64,000 bases of DNA from Leucoraja ocellata (taxonomy: Eukaryota), in the NCBI GenBank assembly GCA_036785375.1, contig JAWMAR010000710.1, forward strand, positions 186,001-250,000. The letters are read 5' to 3'. The position numbers and the translations under genes are program-made. This document shows, piece by piece, positions 1-12,470 of this stretch (positions are counted from its first letter, which is position 1; each line of letters starts with the position of its first letter). The notes below the pieces were generated by a model. It worked only from the letters and a program-made list of their open reading frames with translations. It searched no databases and was not told where the DNA came from.

Positions 1-1175
1 AGTTTATAAAGGATATCTTTAACACAAGTTCTCCCAGGCCCAAGTACACGGACGTATGGGATATTGACTTTGTCTTAACACTACTTCAACAGGGGGCTCC
101 AGCTACATCCGCATCTTTGGCCCAGCTCTCTAAAGGTGGCGGCTATCCTCATGGTGCTGGTCTTAGCGCAACGGGTCCAGTCACTACATAAATTGCGACT
201 GGACAGGACGGTTACATCTGCAAATAATACAATATTTTATGTTTATGACTCAGTTAAGCAGAGCAGCCCAGGGGCGTCAGGTCTCGAACCAATTCTCATG
301 GCATACCCTATGGACCTACGGTTATGTGTGGTCACACATTTACTACAATATGTTAGGTCACCTAGAGCATTTGAGGCTTTGATACTAGCAGTATTTTTTA
401 GTTACAATAACCTAATAAGAAGGTATCAATTCAGACCATCTCCAGGTGGTTAAAAGGGAGTTTTGGCTCATGCAGGAGAGATTCTAATATTTTCTAATCT
501 CACTCCACCCGGGCTACTACAACATCAGCAGCAAGGGTTATGTACGTTCCGCTGGACCACATCCTAACGGCTGCAGGATAGTTTAATAAACGAACTCCAA
601 ACATTTTATAGTAACCCATTGCCAGACCAGGGGTATTTGCCAACTCTATCTTAGGTTCTATTTTATAGTTTCCTCCCAGAAGAGAGGGGTTGCTATAATT
701 ATTATTTATTCATTTCAAAAGCATCAGCATGTTTCAAATCTATGTCATGTCTGTATGCATTATGAATGTTCCCCTTATCTGTGGTCAACGGTTGCGGTTG
801 TGCTTGTGTCGACTCGTTTACATGGCATGAAATCACAGCTTTAAAATCTTCACGTAGTCACTCACGTGACTCCGAAGTAAAATAGTAAGATTAAACGAGC
901 TTACCAGTTTGAAGTTTGATCTTTATTTTATGCGGAGTTACGATGAGCGATTACGTGCCTACCGCTCCCACCCTCATATTATAAAGGTCATCTGGTAGGT
1001 TGTAGTTCTCTCCAATCTTACTATGTTCAGTTCAACTACTGTTATCTGTGATTTCACACCGCTGCTTTGAAAGTTGACGCGCATGCGTTCTGACGGCCTT
1101 CTTCACGTAATCGCTCATTGTCACTCCTCATAAAATAAAGATCAAACTGGTAAGTTCTCATTTCATCTTACTATT
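1..1175 (+). mobile_element. 3' part of a DIRS1-like tyrosine-recombinase retrotransposon (decayed YR remnant, ICR, right terminus)
   Basis: Degenerate YR-like ORF 136-453 (LVLAQRVQSL, LCVV) and an HSTR-like remnant near 500. 848-958 and 1100-1175 are inverted copies, and both match the ICR/termini of the element at 8531-13238 in opposite orientation. The right end abuts a CR1 that is cut at this point. Confidence 0.85.
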
Positions 1176-1177
1176 AT

Positions 1178-4100
1178 ATATGTTTCTATAAGAACCCCCT
1201 CATCCTTCTAAACTCCAGTGAGTACAAACCTAGCCTTTTCAATCTTTCCTCATATGACAGTCCCACCATCCCAGGGATCAATCTCGTGAACCTACGCTGC
1301 ACCGCCTCAATCACAAGGATGTCCTTCCTCAAATTAGGAGACCAAAACTGTACACAATACTCCAGATGTGGTCTCACCAGAGCCCTATACAAATGCAGAA
1401 GAACCTCTTTACTCCTATACTGGAATCCTCTTGTTATGAAGGCCTACATTCCATTAGCTTTGGTTACTGCCTGCTGTACCCGTCAGCCCACTTTCAGTGA
1501 CCGGTGTACAAGGACGCCCAGGTCTCGCTGCACCTCCCCCTTACCTAACCTAACCCCATTGAGATAATAATCTGCCCCCTTGTTTTTGCCACCAAAGTGG
1601 ATAACCTCACATTTATCTATATTATACTGCATCTGCCACACATCTGCCCACTCACTCAACCTGTCCAGGTCACCCTGCAACCTCCTAACATCCTCTGCAC
1701 AGTTCACACTGCCACCCAGCTTTGTGTCATCCACAAACTTGCTGGTGTTGCTCCTAATTCACTCTTCCAAATCATGAATATATTTGGTAAACAGTTGCGG
1801 CCCCATCACCGAGTCTTGCGGCACTCCACGCGCCACTGCCTGCCATTCTGAAAAGGACCCGTTCACTCCTATTCTTTGCTTCCGGTCTGCCAAACAATTT
1901 TCTATCCATGTCAACACCCTACATCCAATACCATATGCTCTAATGTTGGTCACCAGTCTCCCGTGCGGGACCTTATCAAAGGCTTTCTGAAAGTCTACAT
2001 ACGCTACATCCACTGGCACCCCTTCATCCGTTTTACTTGTCACAGCCTCAAAAAATTGCAAAAGATTAGTCAAGCATGATTTCCCTTTCATAAATCCATG
2101 TTGACTTGGACTAATCCTTTTACTGCTATCCAAATACCCCATTATTACCTCTTTAATAATTGACTTTCCCACCACCGAAAGCAGGCTAACTGGTCTGTAA
2201 TTCACCGTTTTCTCTCTTGCTCTTTTCATGAAAAGTGGGATAACATTAGCTATCCTCCAATCCATAGGAACTGATCATGAATTTATTGAACATTGGAAAA
2301 TGATCACCAATGCGTCCACTATTTCTAGAGCCACCTCCATGAGGACCCTGGGATGCAGACCATCAGACCACCAGGGGATTTATCATCCTTCAATCCCATT
2401 AGCCTACCCAATAATATTTCTCGCCCAATTAAAATTTATTTCAGTTCCTCTACCGCCTTAGATGCTCTGTCCTCCAGCACATCAGGGAGATTGTTTGTGT
2501 TTTCCTTAGTGAAGACAGATCCGAAGTATCTATTCAACTCTTCTGCCATTTCCTTGTTGCCCATAATAATTTCACCCATGTCTGCCTTCAAGGGACCCAC
2601 ATTTGACTTTGCTACTCTTTTTCCCTTAACATATCTAAAGAAGCTTTTACTGTCCTTCTTTATATTCTTGGCCAGCTTCTCCTCGTACGTCATCTTTTCA
2701 GCCGTTTTACCCGTTTAGTTTACTTCTGTTGTCCTATGAAAGTTTCCCAATCCTCTGGCTTCCGGCTACTCTTTGCTGCGTTATACATCTTTTCTTTTAG
2801 TTTTATTCTATTCCTAACTTCTCTTGTCAGCCATGATTGCCTCCTACTCCCCTTAGAATCTTTCTTCCTTTGTGGAATGAAATTATCCTGATTCTTCCGG
2901 AGTATACCCAGAAATTCCTGCCATTGCTGTTCCACCATCATTCCTGCTTGGATCCCTTTCCAGTCTACCTTGGCCAGCTTCCCTCTCATGCCTTCATAGT
3001 CCCCTTTGTTCAACTGCATTACTGACACTTCCGATTTAACCTTCTCCTTCTCAAATTGCAGATTAAAACTAATCATATTATGATCACTACCTCCAAGCGG
3101 TTCCTTTACCTCAAATTCTCTTATCATATCTGGTTCATTGTACAACATTAAATCCAGCATTGCCTTTTCTCTAGTCGGCTCCATTACAAGCTGCTCTAAG
3201 AATCCATCTCAGAGGCATTCTACAAACTCTCTTTCTTGGGGTCCTGAACCAACCTGATTTTCCCAGTCTACCTGCATATTGAAATCCCTCATCACCATAG
3301 TGGCATTACCTTTGTTACATGCCAGTTTTAACTCCTTACACCCTACATCCGGGCTACTATTTGGGGGTCTGTAGATAACACCAATTAGTGTCTTCTTGCC
3401 TTTACAATTCCTCAACTCAATCCACAGTGACTCTACCTCGTCAGTCCCTATGTCTTCCCTTGCACGGGACTGAATTCCAGCCCTCACCAGCAGAGTTACC
3501 CCTCCTCCTCTGCCCACCTGCCTGTCCATTCTATAGGATGTATAACCCTGAATATTAAGTTCCCAGGCCCGATCCTCCTGCAGCCACATCTCAGTAATCC
3601 CCACAATGTCATGTTTGCCAACCTCTAAATGAGCCCCAAGCTCATCTACTTCACTTCTTATACTTTGCGCATTCATATACAGTACTTTTAATTCCTTACG
3701 CATCTCACCATTCACATTGATCCCTATTACACTTGGCCATACACTCCTATCCCTTTGTGAGCTTCCTTTCCCGTTAATTCTAGGGGAATTAACTCTCCCT
3801 TTACTCTCTTTCCCTTTAACACCGTCCTTGACTATCCCATTTGACACCCCACCCCCCATATTCAATTTAAAACCACTCATGTAGCGGTGGCAAACCTGCC
3901 TGCCGGGATGCTGGTCCCCCACCTGTTAAGATGCAATCCGCCCCTTTTGTACAGTTCCCCTTTACTCCAAAACAGATCCCAGTGATCTAAGAATCTAAAT
4001 CCCTGCCCCCTGCACCAGTTTCTCAGCCACACTTTCTGGCCCCGTATCTCCCAGTTCCTGCTCTCGCCAGCACGAGGAACTGGAAGCAAACCGGAGATAA

Positions 4101-4620
4101 CACCATCTGGCAGGTCCTGCTTTTCAGCATTTTTTCCGAGCTCTCTAAAGTCACGCTGCAGAATATTCATCCCCTTCTTTATGACATCGTTTGTGCCGGA
4201 GTGCACTACAACTTCCAGCAGTTCACCTTCGCCCTTGAGGATTTTCTGCACTCCGTCCGTGACATCCTGGATCCTGGCACCAGGAAGGCAGCACACCATC
4301 CTCGAATCCCGGTTGTTCCCGCAGAAACCCCTGTCCATACCTCTCACAATGGAGTCTCCAACTACAATGGTGTTGCCTGACGTCGGCCTCTTTGGTTTTG
4401 GCTCAACAGCCCTTTTTGCTTCGTGGTTCTTGGTTTCTTGGTCCTCCAAATTATTCCAAATGGAATTTAAACTGCCACTCAGCCAGCCGCTCAGTGTGAT
4501 AACGTCTTCTGTCCTGACAGCTTCTAAGCGAGTGAACCTGTTCACAAGAGGTACAACACCCAGGGACCTTTGCATTCCATGTTTCCCTCCCTTTCTCACC
4601 GTCACCCACCTTCTCTCTTC
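1178..4620 (-). mobile_element. CR1-clade LINE, near full length, degenerate (ORF1 SGNH esterase-like; ORF2 APE+RT broken by stops/frameshifts)
   Basis: ORF1 motifs GDSIVR, CLPGA, HSGTND, GLHLN (3877-4758). APE motifs YMNAQS, GITEMW, GVIYRPPN, DFN, SDHNMI. RT motifs [44 protein letters not shown]. Confidence 0.95.
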
Positions 4621-5288
4621 CAGTACCTTAGGGGTATATAACACACAGTGGACCCAAGTTACAGACTTCTTGGATTTATATTGGGATTGGTAGTCTGCTT
4701 GGGCAAGCTTCAAAAATGTTTCTTCACAATTTAAAGGAATTGAGCAGGAAATAAGCAAATGATCAGCACCAAATGTAGGCGGGTTCCCTTTAATTTATTT
4801 AATTAGCGGTTCTCACTTGAGCCTCTCTGCTCCCCCTCACCCCCCCCCCCCCCCCCCACCTGGAGGAGGGTGGAGTGCAACCTCCACCCTCCTCCAGACC
4901 TCATCACTTTCACCCAATCAAGAACCCCACACACCCATCACACAACAGCCTCTCCACCCATTGATCACATGATCGGACAGTAAACATCCAACAATCAGTC
5001 GACACGACCCACTCCCACCAATCAAATAAAAGACAGACGACCAGTCCAAGACACCACACACTTCCCACCACCACGACTGTCGGCAGCGACCCTCACCCCG
5101 AGTCTACTTCCCATTAATGACCCAACCCCCAACGCATTGTGATGGTGCTTCAAACTCAGGGAATGCACAGGTGGAGGAGTGGCAAAGGGATTTTTTTTTT
5201 AAATTGTGAATTAACATGTGTTTTATCAGGGCAATTTTTTAATGAGTAAAATACAACTATATTTGAGTAACAGTTCTATTGAAATTAT

Positions 5289-5590
5289 AGCCCTGTCCAA
5301 CGGTGCAAGTTCATTCCACGAGCTCTCCCGAGTTTTAAAAAATCAAACTCGTGGTAAGCACGGAGAATGAACATAGCGGGTACGTCGGAGCTCGTCTCTT
5401 AGTGCTGACGGCAGGTACTCGGGAAGACTCGCTAATGGCAGGTAGCACGGGAAGACTCATGAAGATTTGTCAACATGGTGAAAAATGTCCATGAGAGCCC
5501 CGACTACTGACGAGTGGCCATTACCGTATATCTCCGAGTTCGATTGAAGGCAAACTAGGGAGAACTCTTGGAATGAACTTGTACAGGGGT
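5289..5590. mobile_element. Non-autonomous DNA transposon (MITE, Harbinger-like TIR AGCCCTGTCC...), copy 1
   Basis: Ends AGCCCTGTCCAACGGTGCAAGTTCATTCC / GGAATGAACTTGTACAGGGGT. The interior is the reverse complement of the copy at 21436-21751. Superfamily assignment is tentative. Confidence 0.75.
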
Positions 5591-5710
5591 TTAAATCTTT
5601 TTTCAGAGTAAAATTTTTGGAGAAACATGTGCTGAAATCAAAGTCTGCATGAAAGTGAGTACTTTAGCCCAATGACTTTACCATTCATATTCCAACATTC
5701 AGTCTCCTAC

Positions 5711-6049
5711 CTGTAACTGTGATTAGATCAATGGTGACATATTTATTTGATCCTATGTAGCATGTGTAGACTCCAGCATCTGCAAACTGCACGGGGACAA
5801 TCCTCACATGGAAATTCGTGCCATTCACATTTCCCTCTGTGGTTTTCAGTCGATTCCCAAAGTTACTCATGTCGACATGGATCGGCTCAGACCTGTGAGA
5901 AGAATCTATTTCCTTCTCTTGATTTTGGACACGTTGTGATCTCCAAGTCCATTTGGTTTCATTGAGCTCAAGAGAAGCTTTACAAATCAGGTCGAGTTCA
6001 CTGTGATCTGTGACGGAACGATAAACTGTGTACATCTTGTTATGTAAAT
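5711..6049 (-). CDS. Gene A exon D3: V-set Ig domain
   Basis: Acceptor CTCTCTTGCAG| and donor |GTAGGA; 339 bp, phase 1-1, no stop. LDLIC...WTW...FGNRL...DAGVYTC with the two Cys 74 residues apart. Confidence 0.9.
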
Positions 6050-6849
6050 CTGCAAGAGAGGAACAGGGAACAAAGAATTAGATTTCCACAGATAGTGAGA
6101 TACAGATAATCTGAATTTCCACAGGGACAAACCCCCAGCTCTGGAATGTCAGCTGGGAGGGCCGCACTGAGACAGGAAAGTCGGCTGGGAGCTGCAATAC
6201 GCTGGCTGCCGGCCCAGGTGCCCATTGTTCAAACGCCGGGCTGTGCACCAAAGTCCATCTTCCCCAGACACACACCCAGCAAAGTGATGCCAGTGGACTG
6301 GAGATAATAAACAATCTGTTACCCAGTCTCAGAAATCGATTACAGTGAAATATTTATCACACATTGAACTGGGCAACAGGTTGTTACACAAGGTGAGTCA
6401 TACAGTGAGAGGGACATGAAGGAACATTATTTGGAAGATGAGAGTGACACTGAATGTCAGACACTAAGATCACTGGAGTGAGTGACAAACAACACCCAAC
6501 CCAAGGAAATGGCTCAGCCAACAACTGAATTTTGGTGCAGCTGTACATTATCTTGAATAAGTTAATATTCCCATCTACTCTGGACAGAAGACAACTTGCT
6601 TCTCTCCATTGATTGATGTTATCCCCTTTGATTCATGCAGGTGAATTGAAATTAATCCCTTGGTTCTCCTGTGTAGCTCCATCAATTTTAATGCCACCGT
6701 TTTATATTTACACTGTGTCCCAGGTTAAAGGCAATGCCAATATCCTGCAGTGAAAGCCCACGGTGAAGTCAGAGCTCACTGTACAATATGTGCAACAGTT
6801 TGATATCAGGAACTATTTACTACCTGCTGCAAGGCAGCTTTGGACTCAC

Positions 6850-7122
6850 CCTGATCCACTTCAACATTGGTGTCTCCAGTGAGAACAATGGAGCCATTTT
6901 CCTGCACTTCCCATGTGTACAGATTGGGATTTCCTGCTCCAACATGTTGGATCATCAGATAGACGATGTTATTCAGATGGATCTGATCAGTGTTGTTCCT
7001 CCTGTTCTGCTGAGCTGAGCCTCTTGGTTTCCAGTGAAGACTGACGGTATCTGGGAGTCTGGAGATGGTACAGCTGAGGGTGATGTCACTGCCCATTACT
7101 GGCCTCGGTGAGTCTGCCTCAA
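6850..7122 (-). CDS. Gene A exon D2: C2-like Ig domain (F-strand Cys replaced by Trp)
   Basis: Acceptor ATTTCCACAG| and donor |GTGAGT; 273 bp, phase 1-1, no stop. GSDITLSC...LHW...YLMIQHV...LYTW; paralogous to the exons at 29361 and 42800. Confidence 0.88.
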
Positions 7123-8138
7123 CTGTGGAAATAGACACATGATGTGTGGTTCAGTCCAGCTTTCTGAACGACTGCGGGCAGAATTGTCTCTTTCCTGCAA
7201 ACAGACAGTCGGCCGAATGTTGAGCATCCGTGCTCAGTGATGTCATCCCCACTTCCTGGTAGTGACCACCTGCCCCCCTTGTCCCCCTCGTCTCCCATAT
7301 CTACCCGCTGCTCCCGAACAACATCATCCAAAGACATTGAGCAGCTTCCACAGGTAGGTTCCCAGCACCAGCTCTGCCTCCCGCCACCTCACGCAACCCT
7401 CCCATGGTCTCTGTGCTGTCGATGACTTGGCTAACAATGGCCTGGTGAAGCAAGGTCATTGCTGCTGACCTTGAGGAAGCTGCTACAGAGGTTGGGCCCT
7501 CTCTGTGGCCAGGACTTCACTTTCCCAGTGTCAGGGCCAGTTTATGGGAATATCTGTCCTAAACATGGCCATCATATTACCAGAGCTGACATTCATATTA
7601 AACCCTCCCCAGTGACGGAAAATGAAGAAGGGAAAACTGAAAGTTAATGTTAATATTTTAACAATTTACAGAATCCAATATGTTGGAACACAGATCTTAG
7701 ATATTGATGTAGCTAAAATATAAGCATTTTTGCCAACATGCTCCAAGAGCCACACTTCATCTTTGGTCTGGGCAAGTTGTTACCTTCTATTGTCAATATG
7801 GAACTTCCATCTACATAAGGATTATTACCGTCAGGCATCATTGTTTTCCGTTTCCTCTCTGTGTAGAGAGTGTGTCACAGTCGGCCAGAACCACATCATC
7901 AACAAATTACTTAGCTACAGTGACTTGATCTTATCCCACCTGCCACAGGTCTTCTCTCTATCAGGAGAAGTTCCCTGGTTTCACCACATTTCAATGCTGC
8001 GTGGGCTGCCGTCATCATCTAATTTCCCAGAAATCTCATCAAATAACTGACCTAATTCCAACAATCTGTCACAAATTTGTGGAAAAGATTTACAGAAAAA
8101 CACATTTGTCTACCCTTTCTGTTCCTTGTCCGACATAC

Positions 8139-8477
8139 CTTTGATCACAAATAGTTCCCACTGTCTCAGGATTTTCCCACTGGGCTGTGCTTGATTCCAG
8201 GTGAAGAGCCCTGCAAGTTCAAAGATGGGTTTCCTGATCCTCAGATTAAGGGTACCCCAGTCCATATGCATACTCTGGGAAATGCCTGGTATTTGATTGT
8301 ACTCATCACTCCATTTTACGCCCCACTGCTGATCTTCTCTGTGAAAAGTAGCCAATTGCTTTGTGGTTTGTTGCCCTGAGTGTGGCCTCCATTCCAAGTC
8401 AATGGGGCCATTTCCAGGACTGTCTGGTCCTTTCAACACATAGTTGCCTTCCTGGTGGAAAAAGTAAATAGTAGTTC
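8139..8477 (-). CDS. Gene A exon D1: cysteine-less V-like Ig domain
   Basis: Acceptor TTTTCTGGCAG| and donor |GTATGT; 339 bp, phase 1-1, no stop. GTTIYF..YVLKGP..LEWRPHSG..LNLRIRKPIFELAGLFTW..ILRQWELFVIK; homologous to the exons at 22991 and 51428. Confidence 0.85.
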
Positions 8478-11400
8478 CTGCCAGAAAAGCAAAATAGTGT
8501 TTTAATATCGGACGATAACTTCTCAGTCTGATAGTAAGATTAAACGAGAACTTACCAGTTTGAAGTTTGATCTGTATTTTATGAGGAGTTACGATGAGGG
8601 ATTACGTGAAGAAGCCCGCTTCCACGCATGCGTGTCATACTTCAAAGCAGCGGTGTGAGGTCACAGGAACCTATAATGATCTAACATAGTAAGATTACCA
8701 AAGAGATACCAGTTTTTGATATGATCATAAGAGGGTGGGAGCGGAGGGCACGTAATCCCTCATCGTAACTCCTCATAAAATACAGATCAAACTTCAAACT
8801 GGTAAGTTCTCGTTTAATCTTACTATTTTACTTCGGAGTCACGTGAGTGACTACGTGAAGATTTCAAAGCTCTGTGACCTCATGCCGTGGAACGAGTCCA
8901 TGCTTCACAAACTGCCTTGGGTATTGGGAGAGAGCATCATTAGTAATTTTAAACACAATTATACAAAGAGTTGTGTGGTATAACGAAAAAATATATAACA
9001 TTTTTTAAAAATTTGAGAATCATAGCCCTGTAACCTTTCGGGCAAATTATTTTGTTGAACATAAAATGTTTTCTTAATACAATGATATAGTTTGAGTCAT
9101 GACCCTTTCATGCGGTTTCTTGTAAGAGATAAACAACTCCATTCTCTGACCTCGAATGTTCTTAGTATATTCTATGTATTGTTAGATGTGTCTTGCTATA
9201 CAGTCGTTTGCCATATGGGTGTACCATAAATTCAAACACTTGACCCGAGGAACCCGATCTGTTTTCTTTTATTAAATCCTGTATGACAACACCAGTTTCT
9301 CGGTGAGATGATCAGGGAGTCCAGGCTCAGTTTGCTTAATGGCTGGACTTGTTGTGCGGTAAATAACACCATGAGCATAACCATCTTCCTGGACTGTTAC
9401 TGAAGTGACAACGCTGTTATGAGCTACAGGCTCCTCAGCATGTTGAGAAACGACACCCACGTCCCAGATTTCGGAGTACCTGGTTTTCTTACCAGGGGTG
9501 CGTTTCCACCGCGTGCCGCTCCGTTCCTTGTGATAGGTAATTGGAGAGCGCACTTGTGGCACTATTGAAGGCAATGTAGCTCCATCGATTATCCTAATGG
9601 AGGCTTGTAAAAATTCCAATACGGCCAGAATGTTCTTGGCCTTTTGGTCGAGATTGTTGTCCAAGCAGTATATGCCCCATTTCTTGATGTGTCCAAGGTA
9701 CTGCTTCCGTGTTGACAGTCTTAGTGCAGATGAGATGAGATTCATCGTCCTGTCTGACAGTGTAGTGGGTCTGTTAGACTCTACAAATCAATAAATCCAT
9801 AGTGTTATGGCATGGATGACTGCCTCCAGTCACTGGATAAATCAATAATTTTTTGGCAATGTTCATAGGGAACATGGTTCTAACACCATCCCCTGTAAGA
9901 CTGAAATACCATGATTGAGAAGGTCAGTCGGGTACTCTGAAAATTCCAGATGCCGAGTGTGGTTGAATTATCCCTAGTACCCCAATGATGGGTCCGAACG
10001 GGGGAAAACCTCACCCTATGGCTTATTTACATAACAATGCCAAGCTGGTTTACGAATTTTTGTACATAATAATGGGGCTAATGATTGCCCCTTATGTAAG
10101 CTCTATATTGCCAAAGTTCCTCTATTGAGTCAATGCCTGCCATATAGAAACCCACAACTGACACCAAGTCTATATCAATAATAAGAGCATCCATCTTAAA
10201 ATGAATATCTAAAACAAATGTGTTTAGGGTTAAAATCAATGATAATCCTGCAACCCTACTCTATCTTATATTTAATAATATGTTCAATCCCATCTTTTGT
10301 GTACAATTCTTGTAGCACCATGTGGGTTTTAGATTGTTTGGTTTATGTAAGGACAAAATGCCCTTCTGGTGTATGATGTACTGTGGTTAATGGGATGAGA
10401 AAAACCCTATCAGATAACCCTGAATACTGCTGAGATTATATGAATCTGTAGTGATTATATACCATACATAACTGTAGTGTTGCAACCACCCCTACCATCG
10501 TAGGTCCCTATTTTAACAGAAGAAAACCCCACCCACCTACCTCCCTGGTTACCGGTGGTTTTGTTATTTCCTTGGTTTTTTGAAAATAAGGTTCTGGTTT
10601 AATATTTCTTGTTCGGGGTTGTGTGGGAGGTTGAGGCTTCCGCATCTTCCAGGGTGGCCGCCCTGGCCATACCCTTAAACGGATCCTGCGGGTTATATTG
10701 ATTTCTGACACTGCTACTGGTATGAGCCACATTTTTTATGGCCTTGCCTGTGGATGGTATCATGCTCCAAAATAGGCCCTTGCGCTGGCCTTGATGAGCC
10801 CCAGTGTCTTGGCTTAGTCCACACACGGTTTTTATTTGCAAATGGTAGCATTTTTGGGGTCCTAGTGCTGGCTGAATGGCCGCCTTCCACGTGTAGTTCA
10901 GGTTATATTGCATATTATTAAACAGATCTAGTGCGTCTTGATGGTCTTTGGTTACCTACGTTTAGTCCAGGGTGCGGGTGTATGCTATGATGCCTTCCGT
11001 CAATCCCTTGAAGGTTCTCTGGATCTTGAGGTCCTGGTTCCTGATGTTCGTCCCCATATGCTGCCAAATGCATTGGATTACACTGGGCACCTGTAATGCC
11101 TCACCGTTGCCAGGTGGCAGATGTCTGGCCAGTGTTTGTAAATTTTTCTTGTTGGCGTTTGTGGCCAGACATATAGTAATACTATTGCCATCCTGGATCC
11201 AAGTCTACCCATGTTTGACTTGGCTAAAGTAATCGGCCACCATGTCCAGCAGAGTCCCTGCTGTGTTAGGATCATGGGACGCTGTATTACCAGGCTCTGG
11301 CCCATCAGGGTCCTGCCTACTCTTTTTTATAGAGTTAGAGATCTCTAGGGTCCCGCACGGGGTACCCATGTGGGGCTTAACTGCTGCCCACTTGTCTTTT

Positions 11401-11984
11401 GTTCTGCGGACCCCTCTTGCAGGTCAGCCCAGAACTGACCCACAGTGCTCCCCTCTGATGGGGTAGAAACATTGTGCAGCCCTCAAAGAGGTACTGCTGT
11501 GGTTTTATCACGTTGGAGCAAGGCTCCACACACCGCTACTTCCCGCTCCAGCCCTCTCGGGCACTGGTTGCCGGCGGTTTTATGCAAAGTCGGACCCTTC
11601 CGAGTCCACTACCTTGTTTTATTTGTGTCTAGCCTACCGCTCGGTCACATGGATCTGGCCGGTGCGGGGCCGACATCGGGCACAGCTGATCCCACTACGG
11701 TTGATCCAAGTGCCGCTGGCTGCTGCTGGCTGCCCGCTGTTCCATGGTCCTCCTTCTCCAGTGTTGTCCTTCCTTCCGTGGAGTGGATATGGCCGGTGTG
11801 GAGGATAACTGGCACAGCTGCTTCCATCTATTCCTTTAACCTGGCTTGAACGCTCTCAGCACTCCTGGCTGCTCCTTTATCTTAGACCCCTGGGACCCAC
11901 CCCCGTACTGACGGTACTGGTCCCTTATGGTCGTTGCAGCCGGTCAACCCCACTCTAATGCCCTCAATTCTGGGCACTCCTACT

Positions 11985-12042
11985 TATATGGTCCTTAGAT
12001 AAGGGACATATAAGACATTAAAACTGATGATAACAGCTACTA
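11985..12042 (-). pseudogene. Second, more diverged U2 fragment (nt ~34-90) in tandem with the first
   Basis: Minus strand TAGTAGCTGTTATCATCAGTTTTAATGTCTTATATGTCCCTTATCTAAGGACCATATA aligns to U2 nt 34-90 with several substitutions. Confidence 0.85.
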
Positions 12043-12054
12043 TAGTTTTTATAT

Positions 12055-12148
12055 AATATATATAGTCCCTAGATAAGGGGTGTATCAGATATTAAACTGA
12101 TAAGAACAGATACTACACTTGATCTTAGCCAAAAAGCCGAGAAGCGAT
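12055..12148 (-). ncRNA. RNU2: U2 snRNA 5' portion (nt 1 to ~90), 3'-truncated before the Sm site, inside the DIRS element
   Basis: Minus strand reads ATCGCTTCTCGGCTTTTTGGCTAAGATCAAGTGTAGTATCTGTTCTTATCAGTTTAATATCTGATAC: 66/67 identical to vertebrate U2 nt 1-67 as I recall it, followed by a stem IIb-like CCCT-TATCT-AGGG. No Sm site or 3' stems. Confidence 0.95.
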
Positions 12149-12359
12149 TATTGTAACTAAAACCCCGCTGGGACCGATCCTGGTACTCACATACTGGTCC
12201 CTTGTAGTAGATTGCAGCCAGTCAACTGCAAAGTCCTTTGCTGCCGAGAAATGAACTTTCTCACCGTGCTGGAGCGAAGTTGGGCACAGGTGTTTTTCCC
12301 CCTCCGGGAATCGATGTGCCCATGCTGCTCCTGCCGTTGCCAGCTCCTCACGAAGTGCC

Positions 12360-12470
12360 AGCTGCCACTGCTGCTGTCTGTGCTACTGCAAACTGCCGGC
12401 TGCCACTGCTGCTGCCGCTGCCGCTGCTGCTGCCGGCTGCCACTGCTGCTGCCGCTGCTGCTGCCGCTCC
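12360..12470. repeat. Imperfect (CTG/CCG)n trinucleotide repeat within the DIRS 5' region
   Basis: gctgccactgctgctgccgctgccgctgctgctgcc...; gives the Q/S-rich ORF 12187-12519 (-). Confidence 0.85.

Noticed and set aside
5711-8477. Naming gene A as CD4 or LAG3
   Set aside because: D1 is a single exon without cysteines, D2 has no WxC motif, and no cytoplasmic tail or synteny is visible, so a symbol is not supportable.
12055-12148. Functional U2 snRNA gene
   Set aside because: Lacks the Sm site, stems III/IV, the 3' box and a recognisable PSE; embedded in a transposon.
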